Below, piece by piece: positions 40,365-50,519 of a stretch of DNA of 64,000 nt (the first letter of the stretch is position 1; each line of letters opens with the position of its first letter). Position numbers and translations under genes: made by a program. This DNA comes from Octopus sinensis. Taxonomy: Eukaryota. Below the pieces are notes generated by a model that worked only from the letters and a program-made list of their open reading frames with translations, made no database searches and was not told the DNA's origin. The stretch is taken from the NCBI RefSeq assembly GCF_006345805.1, contig NC_043002.1, positions 97,030,001-97,094,000 on the forward strand, written 5' to 3'.

Positions 40365-40979
40365 GTCACTACTATTACTACTACGACCAACAGTCTTCTA
40401 CTGCTGCTGCTGCTGCTACTACCACAGCCAGTGAATTGCTGCTACAACACCAACCACCACCACCACGGTCACTACTACAACGACCAACAGTCGCTGCTAC
40501 TACTGCTATTTCGGCAACTGATCATTTTCACAATTACAGCCAACGAATCTAGTCAACGCACAAGACAGCCATTATGTTCCCCCCACAAAACACCCCCATG
40601 TGGACTCTGTTGAGATTAGTAAGAAACAATTATGAACTTTTTTATTACACTTAACTTTTTAAAATATTTCTGATAAGGTTTCGTTTTTTCATGAAGAACC
40701 GAAACATGCAAAATCTCTAAGAAACTTAAAATGTATCTTATATAGTGGCGTTTCCAAACTTTTTAATAAATATATACCCACTCGTATGCCACCTACACTT
40801 TTTATAAATATATATATAGGTGAGAGAGTTGGTGTGTGAAAGAACGTGGTTGGATGTATAAAAAATAAAAAAGAGTGAAAAACACTACAGAAGGCTTGTG
40901 TTATAAGGTTAAAGAATATAATTAAGTCGTTATGTTAGAAAAATGCTAGAAAATTTTATGTATAGCAACATAGTTTTGG

Positions 40980-41018
40980 GAGAAATAACCGGTTTCGTAT
41001 AGTCTTTTCAAATTTCTC
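40980..41018 (-). ncRNA. minimal type I hammerhead, U3-A8 core
   Basis: Reverse complement reads GAGAAAT-TTGAAAA-G ACTATA C-GAAA-CCGG-TT/ATTTCTC, with a perfect 7-bp helix I. Confidence 0.6.
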
Positions 41019-41770
41019 AAATTTCTTTACCTATATCGTGTCATGTCTTCGTATGAAGTTAAGAGTTCCAGGCAGGAGAAGGTAATCAGGGATTTCTTCC
41101 GGTATAAGTGAGATAATCGCTTTATATTTTTTCTTTTTTCAATGAGATGAGTTTCCTTATATAAAAATGTTAGGATGGTTAAGTTTTGGTTTATATTTTT
41201 CATTAGAGAATGTTTCCATGTTTAATCTAATTTGTGTTGGTGTTTCAATAGCACATTGATAGTATGGAAAGATTAAAAATTGCAGTAGTAGTTGCTTTGC
41301 GCATTTCTCAATATGTTCACTAAAGGGTATCATTCTGTATTCTGGGAATGCAATCTGTTGTCGATGCACAGTGCATCTGCGTCTGAGCGATAATCCTGTG
41401 GACCATATATAGTGTTGGTGGCAGCCCGAGCATCTTATGACATAAATTAGGTTTTCTGAAGCACAAGTAAAATTAGATTTGATCTTGAATTTTTGTCCCT
41501 CTTTGAAGAGGAATTCTGATCCTGCTCAGTTTGGTCTACCATATTTTTTTTACTTTTGCATCCGTTATTTCAGAAAACAATTTTGCCTTTGTGAGGAACT
41601 TTTTTAGTGATTTAGGTTGTTTGTAGCTTTTAATGATTTTTAGAATTTCCTTTAATTTGGGGTCCTTATGAAGTATTGGTAAATTCTGGGTGATGATGGT
41701 GAAGGCTTCTTTGTTTCTGGGGTTGTATGTGGATATGTAAGGCAGAATTTTCGCGGAAGGTGTATTGCTA

Positions 41771-42175
41771 TACTCTCTTTTACTCTTTTACTTGTTTCAG
41801 TCATTTGACTGCGGCCATGCTGGAGCACCACCTTTAATCGAGCAACTCGACACCGGGACTTATTCCTTTGTAAGCCCAGTACTTATTCTATCGGTCTCTT
41901 TTGCCGAACCGCTAAGTAACGGGGACATAAACACACCAGCATCGGTTGTCAAGCAATGCTAGGGGGACAAACACAGACACACAAACACACACACGCATAT
42001 ATATACATATATACGACGGGCTTCTTTCAGTTTCCGTCTACCAAATCCACTCACAAAGCTTTGGTCGGCCCGAGGCTATAGTAGAAGACACTTGCCCAAG
42101 GTGCCACGCAGTGGGAATGAACCCGGAACCATGTGGTTGGTAAACAAGCTACTTACCACACAGCCACTCCTGCGC
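41771..42175 (-). mobile_element. SINE family B inserted in a PLE
   Basis: Full-length homology; PLE coding remnants on both sides. Confidence 0.88.
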
Positions 42176-42295
42176 TGAACTATTCTTAAAGTTTCTATGT
42201 CGATTTCTGTTGCACGTCTGATTCCATCCTCTATGAGTTGAACTGGGTAGTGTCTGTCAAATAAGGTGTTTTTGAGTTCTTACAGTCTAAAGTTC

Positions 42296-42780
42296 CTGGA
42301 ATGTCCGCGATGCCTGGAATGTCAGGGATGTCTGAAATGTCGGGAATATCTGGAATGCCAGGAGTGTCAGGAATGTCTGGAATGTCTGGAATGTCAGGAA
42401 TGCCTGGATGTCTGGCATGTCTGGAATGTCAGGAATGTTTGCAATGTCTGGAATATCTGGAATGTCACGAATGTCTGGAATGCCTGGAATGTCAGGAATG
42501 TCTGGACTGTCAGGAATATCTGGAATGTCAGACATTCCTGACATTTCAGACATTCCAGACATTCCAGACCGCGTGAGTACCGTTTGCGATTTTTTCCTCC
42601 GTCTTCTCTTCTTTGGATCTTTCCTTTTCCTATGTTTCTGACGAAGAGCTCCGCTCGAAACGTTAAACTCTCCTTCTTTCCTTCCTTCCTGATGTCCACT
42701 AATACTATATTTGTTCCACGTCCTCGCGTTGTTATGTTTCCTCTTTGTGTTTGCTTGTTTGGATTAAATTTATATATGTA
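42296..42780 (+). mobile_element. composite: 9-bp GACATTCCW minisatellite (inverted then direct) plus PLE pseudo-LTR, copy 1
   Basis: Array orientation flips at 42530/42531; the pseudo-LTR begins cgcgtg at 42570. Confidence 0.75.
42634..42668 (+). ncRNA. minimal type I hammerhead (C3-G8, extra A after A9, GUU triplet)
   Basis: GTTT-CTGACGA-A-GAGC TCC GCTC-GAAA-CG-TT/AAAC. Confidence 0.65.
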
Positions 42781-42862
42781 TATATATGTGTGTGTGTGTT
42801 TCTGTGTGTATGTGTGTGTGTATATATATATATGTATATGTATGTATATATATATATAGATA

Positions 42863-42905
<43 letters not shown>

Positions 42906-43117
42906 GAAATATTAAAATAACTAAGTCTCTCTAAAAGAGAACAGCGGCAGCGTTCCCGGAAAATAATAGTTATCGCCATACTAATATGGCATTCTTATAA
43001 AAATAAGAAAAAAGCTGTCCGCTTATTAGCTCCATGAGGCCATCGCCTTAAGTTAGCTATTTGATACACAAACTGTATCCATATAACCTTCGAACAAGGG
43101 AGGTCAGTCGCTCCACA

Positions 43118-43188
43118 CTACTTGACCGGCAGCTACAGACGCGTTTCGGAGTATTGCCCCTTTTCAATGCAGCGTAGCCAGCCAGTAG
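43118..43188 (-). ncRNA. type I hammerhead ribozyme, U3-A8 core (copy A, intact)
   Basis: Reverse complement reads GCTGCA-TTGAAAA-GGGG CAATA CTCC-GAAA-CGCG-TC/TGTAGC, with an extended helix I. Confidence 0.85.
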
Positions 43189-43491
43189 GTGTCGCTTCCG
43201 ACAATCTCTGTTCGATGGTTTTATTTACCTAGTTTCGGTGGAATACATCCACTTGTTTTCAATAATAGAAATATTAAAACTCATGGAGCTAATAAGCGGA
43301 CAGCTTTTTTCTTATTTTTATAAGAATGCCATATTAGTATGGCGATAACTATTATTTTCCGGGAACGCTGCCGCTGTTCTCTTTTAGAGAGACTTAGTTA
43401 TTTTAATATTTCTATTATTGAAAACAAGTGGATGTATTCCACCGAAACTAGGTAAATAACACCATCGAACAGAGATTGTCGGAAGCGACAC

Positions 43492-43561
43492 CTACTGGCT
43501 GGCTACGCTGCATTGAAAAGGGGCAATACTCCGAACGCGTCTGTAGCTGCCGGTCAAGTAG
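43492..43561 (+). ncRNA. type I hammerhead, copy B, GAAA reduced to GAA (probably inactive)
   Basis: Same as copies A and C except ccGAACGCG at 43531-43539, lacking one conserved A. Confidence 0.75.
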
Positions 43562-43852
43562 TGTGGAGCGACTGACCTCCCTTGTTCGAAGGTTATATGG
43601 ATACAGTTTGTGTATCAAATAGCTAACTTAAGGCGATGGCCTCATGGAGCTAATAAGCGGACAGCTATTTTCTTATTTTTATAAGAATGCCATATTAGTA
43701 TGGCGATAACTATTATTTTCCGGGAACGCTGCCGCTGTTCTCTTTTAGAGAGACTTAGTTATTTTAATATTTCTATTATTGAAAACAAGTGGATGTATTC
43801 CACCGAAACTAGGTAAATAAAACCATCGAACAGAGATTGTCGGAAGCGACAC

Positions 43853-43923
43853 CTACTGGCTGGCTACGCTGCATTGAAAAGGGGCAATACTCCGAAACGC
43901 GTCTGTAGCTGCCGGTCAAGTAG
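43853..43923 (+). ncRNA. type I hammerhead ribozyme, U3-A8 core (copy C, intact); predicted cleavage after GUC at 43903
   Basis: Helix I GCUGCA/UGUAGC, core UUGAAAA, helix II GGGG/CUCC, GAAA, palindromic helix III ACGCGU, GUC triplet. Confidence 0.85.
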
Positions 43924-44097
43924 TGTGGAGCGACTGACCTCCCTTGTTCGAAGGTTATATGGATACAGTTTGTGTATCAAATAGCTAACTTAAGGCGATG
44001 GCCTCATGGAGCTAATAAGCGGACAGCTTTTTTCTTATTTTTATAAGAATGCCATATTAGTATGGCGATAACTATTATTTTATATATATATATATAC

Positions 44098-44404
44098 ACA
44101 CTTAAACAAGCACACAAAACGCACACATAATATACACGTAGGGTTTGGCAAAATTGGGTATACCGATGCTGTCTAAAACATTCACTCACAGTTCCCAGAA
44201 ATCGCAAAACAGGCTTCTCCCCCGTGTACACTCACACACAAACGCATATACGCGCGCGCACATACGCAAAAATGCACACAGACATACACATGCACAAACG
44301 AACGCACACATACGCACGCACACGCACACACACGCGCACTCATGCACACACGCACGCACACACATACACACACACGTGCACACGCACACACACACACACA
44401 TACA
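44098..44404 (+). repeat. dispersed repeat X (about 130 bp) plus CA-rich tail, copy 1
   Basis: cttaaacaagcac...cccagaaatcgcaaaacagg matches the reverse complement of 56520-56650. Confidence 0.75.
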
Positions 44405-44640
44405 CGAGTGCCTTTAACCACCAGGTCCGAAGGTTTGATACCACTGCACAGCACCATGACCTTGAGAAGAATATGAAAGAGATAAACAGGACAGACGCGT
44501 GACGAGCTGGCAGAGTAAATTAACACGTTGAATAAATTGGTTGGGGCATTACTACTTCCGGTTCTTTACGTTTTGAGTTCAAACTCTACCAAACTTAACG
44601 TCGCCTTTCATCCTTTAGGAGTCAATAAAATAAAAGTACC

Positions 44641-44872
44641 TATTTCTTTATTACCCACAAGGGGCTAAACATAGATGGACAAACAAAGACAGACATAGGT
44701 ATTAAGTCGATTCCATCGACCCCAGTGCGTTACTGGTACTTAATTTATCGACCCCGAAAGGATGAACGGCAAAGTCGACCTCGGCGGAATTTGAACTCAC
44801 AGCGTAACGACAGACGAAATACGGCTACTCATTTCGCCCGGGGTGCTAACGTTTCTGCCAGCTCGCCGCCTT
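44641..44872 (-). mobile_element. SINE family A nested in an older + strand copy
   Basis: 13-bp TSD aaataaaagtacc at 44628-44640 and 44875-44887. Confidence 0.85.
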
Positions 44873-44989
44873 ATAAATAAAAGTACCTGTCATGTACTGG
44901 GCTCGATTTGTCCTTTTCACTCAAACTGTTAGCCTTGAATCCTGCCACCGCTCGGCGTCCTATTCATGGAGAATATTGTAATCCCGGTT

Positions 44990-46029
44990 AAGGGCTCAAA
45001 AAAATTTGTACGATGCTGAAGCGTAACGCTTATAGCGATCACTGTGCAATGACTAAGGAAAATAGTCTAATATTGGGGCACAGAACCCTCGACAGAAAAA
45101 AAGGTAGGAGTTACAATCCGCGTGGGACTCGAAACCACATCCCCTTGTTAACGCGATTAAGCGTGTTATCATTGGAAGCACTCCGTCGGTTCCGGTTGAC
45201 CCGATCAACGGAACAGCCTGCTCGTGAAATTAACGTATAAGTGGCTGAGCACACCACAGACACGTGTACCCTTAACGTAGTTCTCGGGGATATTCAGCGT
45301 GACACAGAAAGTGACAAGGCTGGCCCTTTGAAATACAGGTACAACAGAAACAGGAAGTAAGAGTGAGAGAAAGTTGTGGTGAAAGAGTACAGCGGGGATC
45401 ACCACCATCCCCTGCCGGAGCCTCGTGGAGCTTTAGGTGTTTTCGCTCAATAAACACTCACAACGCCCGGTCTGGGAATCGAAACCACGATCCTACGACC
45501 GCGAGTCCGCTGCCCTAACCACTACGCCATTGCGGCTCCACCGTGTTATCATTACACCAGCGAATTAACCTCCCTGTTTCTGTCAAATTTAAGAACTATA
45601 TTAGTTCGTACTTGTTTTTGTAAACAAAACATTCCACGTTCTTTTGGTGAGAATGGTCTTGTTATACGGTGGCCGGTTTTACAATCTTGGAAATAATAAT
45701 AATAATGTTATTTACATAAGTCTAAGACTTATAGCGATCACCGTGCAAATGACTAAGAAAAATAATCTAATAATGGGGCATATAAGCCCTCGACAGAAAA
45801 AAAGTAGGCTTTCTTATCTGCGAGGGACACGAACCCATATCCCTTTGTTAGCGCGTTGGTGTAATGGTAACACACTTATTCACTTAACAAAGGGATGTGG
45901 GTTCAAGTCTCACGCGGATAGCAAATCCTACTTTTTCTGTCGAGGGCTTATATGCACCATTATTAGACAATTTCCTTAGTCATTGCACGGTGATCGCTAA
46001 AAGATTTAGTCTTATGTAAATACCATTAA

Positions 46030-46090
<61 letters not shown>

Positions 46091-46123
46091 TACAGGATTG
46101 TAAAACCCGGCGCCGTATAACAA
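44990..46123. repeat. three copies of a tRNA-like repeat with downstream flank; two form a palindrome at 45658-46123
   Basis: D-arm GTGT/ACAC, T-arm GTGGGTTCAAGTCTCAC, a T-run just after, and shared ctgtcgaggg...ttagtcattgcacggtgatcgcta. Confidence 0.7.
45174..45542 (-). mobile_element. SINE family C inserted in a tRNA-like repeat
   Basis: TSD gtgttatcatt at 45163-45173 and 45543-45553. Confidence 0.9.
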
Positions 46124-47659
46124 AACTATTCGCAATATCTATATGCATATATAAATACCTAACGATCAGATTATTGTAGTGGTTACTCCAGCTGTCTTCG
46201 TTTGATGTAATACCACCGATTAAACTCTTAATGCAGGGATGCCACTGGCTAACAAGGCACAACGATGTAGAAACAACGGGGATCCGAAGACAATTTCAGT
46301 AATGAATGAAATGGCTACAAAAATACATTCGTCGTGCAGAAGACGTTGTTCTCTACCAAAACACTACAGCGATTAGCGTATTCAAGTTCGAATCTACCGG
46401 AACGTATGCAAGTTATCGTTCGATTTTTTGCTATTCACCGTGCATATGATAACTTATTAATAATATATTTACTGCACCAATATATTGCAGCAGATTTTCA
46501 AAGTAATGCCTTTCCTGCACCTGCATTATTTCATGAGAATTTCTGATTTTCATTGTTACCATTGTTATCATTATATGATATTGTTTATAAAGACCCAGAA
46601 AGTTAACAAACAAAATATTATGAATAAAACTAATTTAAATTCTTGATCGAATGAGGGAGGCTCTATCCCTCTCATTAAATCAAATTTAATGCTTATTCTT
46701 ATATGTCATCATGTGTTACGAAACAAATCAAAGTTAAACAAAACCAGTTCTATATCCCTGGTTCCTTGAATATGCCTATCTAAGTTTGGTACAAAGCCAT
46801 CAATTTTACGAGAGGGGTAAGTCGATTACAACGGCCCCATTGCTCAGCTGCTACATATTGTATCGACCCCAGGGGGATAAACAACAAAGTTGACCATGGC
46901 AGAGTTTGAACTTAGAAAGTAAAGAGCCGAAAAAATATCGCGCAGGACACATCACATTGAAATCATCGGTTCTCATCCGCTGACCGAAGTTAAACAATGT
47001 TGAGTCTAGTTATTTAGATGAGTGAATATTTAGGAAACCTAAATACTTTAAGCAAAACCACTACTTTTCGGTTCCTTAAATAATACATCCAAGTTTGTTC
47101 AATAAAAGATTTGGAGCATTCAAGTAATGTTTGAGCCCCAATATGTGAAAGGGTATGTCTCCTTTACCAATGACGAGTAAAGGAATTACAAACTCGATAC
47201 AATAACCGGCAAGTTTGATAGTAATTTGTGCTAAATATTTTACCATAGACAAACTAGCATAACAATGAAATGCGCAAACAAGTTAATTATAATTTCATCT
47301 GAGTGAGGTGGTTAATCGAGAGTCCTTTCAATATTACAATGATGCGTTTCCATTTTATGAGAATCAGTTATAGAAATAAGGATATGCAGCGGAAAGAACC
47401 TCTTTTCAGTACATAGAAAAGGACAGTCTTTAATCCCACCATTTGAACATCAGCCTCTTAGCCCGTAGTGTAGCCCTAGTTCCAAAAACCCATTTCCATT
47501 ACAGATGCAGATGACGCCTTAAAAGTTGAGCAACTCCTTCAAAACAGGTAGCAATTGAAATCAGTCCTTGCTTATGAGCGTTCTCTAATGACCACAAGTT
47601 GGCAAAAGTGACCGATCTCATTAATTTTCACACGCTTATATTTCTTTCACCCGGAAGTG

Positions 47660-47870
47660 GGTGAGCTAGCAGAACTGTTAGCACGCCGGGCATAACGCTT
47701 AGCAGCATTTTGTCCGTCTTTACGTTCTGAGTTCAAATACTTCTGGAGTGGACTTTACTTCTCGTCCCTTTCGGGGTCGATAAAATAAGCACCAGTAGAA
47801 CACTGGGATCGATGTAATCCTTACCCTCCCCCGAACTTGCTGGCCTTGTGCAAAAATTTGAAACCCATAT
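47660..47870 (+). mobile_element. SINE family A (older variant)
   Basis: Head and body homology to other family A copies. Confidence 0.75.
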
Positions 47871-48132
47871 TTCTTCCACCGAGTAGTTTAACAAGCAAAA
47901 GAGTCTAGAATATTTAGACATTATATAAAAAGAAATTCAATGAATGAAGTAAGTAGTATCTAAATAGTAACATTCTTGTGCAATTCGTTGCATGTTTACA
48001 ATTGAAAGTTTTGTTGCAAGCATTGTATTTAGTATGAGAAAATTACTCTGTTTATAGTATACATATTCTGTGAATAACTTCGTAATTTTAATTTCCAATA
48101 AAAATTTATATTTGTTAAAATATATTTCTCAG

Positions 48133-48291
48133 GCATGTGATGTCAACGAAGATGATGAGAGAAGTTAGGAAAAGATTATGTCCCAATAAAAGACAGAACG
48201 AGAAAGTGGGATTCAATAAGAGATGCGAGAGGGAAAAACAGCTTCTAGAAATCGTGAGTCTACGAGCAACCGCACCTAGAAAACCATTTAA
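48133..48291 (+). CDS. candidate orphan coding exon (phase 2 start)
   Basis: tatttctcAG acceptor. Open frame HVMSTKMMREVRKRLCPNKRQNEKVGFNKRCEREKQLLEI, with donors GTGAGT at 48254 or GTAAGA at 48292. No domain recognised. Confidence 0.35.
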
Positions 48292-49547
48292 GTAAGAAAT
48301 ACCTATAAAATATTATAAACCTAACATTATCGGCTTACTTCGTTAGCATTAATTAATTGCCCAAGCATTTATACCTGTATTCACAGGCACAAATACACTT
48401 TCTGATAGTTAGACAAATAAACGTAATTATATAGGGTTATACAGTGCTATATACACACTGGCATTGGATATAAAATATAATTGATTGAAAGAACAGCAAG
48501 AAAGATAACAATAGAAATGAGCTTGGGAAAGCAAAATCAAACAAAACCGAGGTATATTTATACCATGAAGGGTTGGGAATGAATACATAGTAATTATTAT
48601 TTCATAAGATGTGGTGCCCCAGCATGGCCGCAGCCTCAAAGCTAAAACGTATAAAAGAATAAAAGAATACACCCCAGCTTCCAATAAATCTACCTTCCAT
48701 TCCACTTCATTGTTTGCTTTTCAAGTACACTTTCAGGGGATTAATATTATCCGACGAAAATCTCTACCAGTTAGATCGTATTTAATTCTCTGATTTTATT
48801 CCATATACCTCTAAACATATTATCGCCATCTCAATCGCAGCTATCAAATAGAATCATAACACTTTAGCACACGAGTTGCTGAATGCTATATTCATTAAAT
48901 CATTGTTATGGTAACTACGAATAAAATATCCTTTCGTTCTACTTTGATTTTCCACAGCTAGCTTCTGTGTTTTTCCGTAGAAAAAGTGTTCACTAAATTC
49001 CTATTCTTCAACACAAGAACGAATGTTGTCCACATCCCGCCATTCTCATTTCACAAGGCCCTGTTCAAATTAATATTTCTTGGCAACAAGAATAGATAAC
49101 ACAATAGACAATATCCTGTAAAACAGTTGCTTGGAATTTCTGAAGTATGTGTTGGCTTTATTTAAACAAGAATGAAGATATATAAGCAATTTCATTGATT
49201 TTTGGCTTCAAATCTCACCAGCTTTTCTTTCCTGGAAGGGTTTATTCTGTTTTTAAAATGAATGCTCAGAGATACCGTAAGCTCTTATTCATCAGCCTAA
49301 ATTGATTAAAAACGGCCAATAGAAAAATACACGCATAATATCAATAAATATTGAAAATTTATTGATAGGAAAATTAATAAAGTTTCCCGCAAACTAAAAT
49401 TATCAAGTGTAATTAAATAACCTATGCTGTATGAGAATCATGATAGTCTGAAATGTTAGGGAGAAGATTATCTATGAATGGTTCTGCGTATTATGTGTGT
49501 AAATAATAGGCTTATGAGCGTGTATGTGTGTGTATTCAAGTACATGC

Positions 49548-49612
<65 letters not shown>

Positions 49613-49628
49613 TAGATAGATAGATAGA

Positions 49629-49663
<35 letters not shown>

Positions 49664-49687
49664 GTATATATGAATATGTACTCTACA

Positions 49688-49770
<83 letters not shown>

Positions 49771-49926
49771 AATGATAATAATAATAACGTTATTAAACAC
49801 ACTATGCGTATGAGAGGGCTGATCAGTGTCAATACGAAATATCATTTTCATTTCGATTAAAGCAAAATAACATTTCGTAGAAATAATCGTTCTATTTACG
49901 GATATGCACTTGCATAGCAAGTGACT

Positions 49927-49963
49927 TGATTTGAGGTCGTGTGCTCGGAGCATATACATATGC

Positions 49964-50038
<75 letters not shown>

Positions 50039-50095
50039 ATATATATATATATATACATGCATATGTATATGTTCCGAGCACACGATCTCAAATCA
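49927..50095. repeat. foldback with about 45-bp arms around (TA)n
   Basis: tgatttgaggtcgtgtgctcggagcatatac / gtatatgttccgagcacacgatctcaaatca. Confidence 0.8.
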
Positions 50096-50519
50096 TACAT
50101 ATATGTATGTTTATATATTTATGTCTATATAATAATAATACCAGGGAATATAATTCCAAAACTTACAGGGAATAATTCAATTTAATAATTTTAAATTAAA
50201 TTTCACTGTAATTAAACACAAGAGAATATGCTTCACCACGCGAACTCGCATAAGAATCTTGCAAGGCGAATTCACAATATAATATATATGTATATAACTT
50301 AGAGAAAAACCTTTATTAAACAATTCAATAATGAAAGATATTATTCACAGCATATAGAAAACATATAATATAAGAACCTTATTCTAAAAATAAATAAAGT
50401 ACAATAAATAGTAAATAGTAGTAAAAAGACTACGCGCGTTTCGTGGCTATATTTTCAATAGATAACAATAATAAAATCAATTCGTAAAAACTAAAGATAT
50501 CCCCATTAGAAGAGGATAT

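Larger units (their letters stand above)
40815..42292 (-). mobile_element. Penelope-like element, degenerate, interrupted by a SINE at 41771-42175
   Basis: Minus frame ELKNTLFDRHYPVQLIEDGIRRATEIDIETLR (PLE RT thumb); GIY-YIG C-terminal remnant near 41157-41369; pseudo-LTR with hammerhead. Confidence 0.8.
42901..44080. mobile_element. 362-bp tandem repeat with hammerhead ribozymes (candidate non-LTR retrozyme): about 1.05 units on the minus strand, then about 2.2 units on plus
   Basis: ctcatggagc recurs at 43280, 43641 and 44003; taatagaaat recurs at 42901 and 43263. Only about 3 differences between units. No ORF. (TA)n on both sides. Confidence 0.9.

Noticed and set aside
45850-45920. Functional tRNA gene
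   Set aside because: The anticodon arm is non-canonical and this copy's 5' acceptor strand is replaced by the inversion junction. The other tRNA-like heads are SINEs.
48959-49140. Exon between a strong acceptor and a GTATGT donor
   Set aside because: All three frames contain stops.
50420-50465. Minus-strand TTGAAAA...GAAACGCGCGTA motif
   Set aside because: Core and palindrome are present but helices I and II do not pair; probably a decayed PLE hammerhead.
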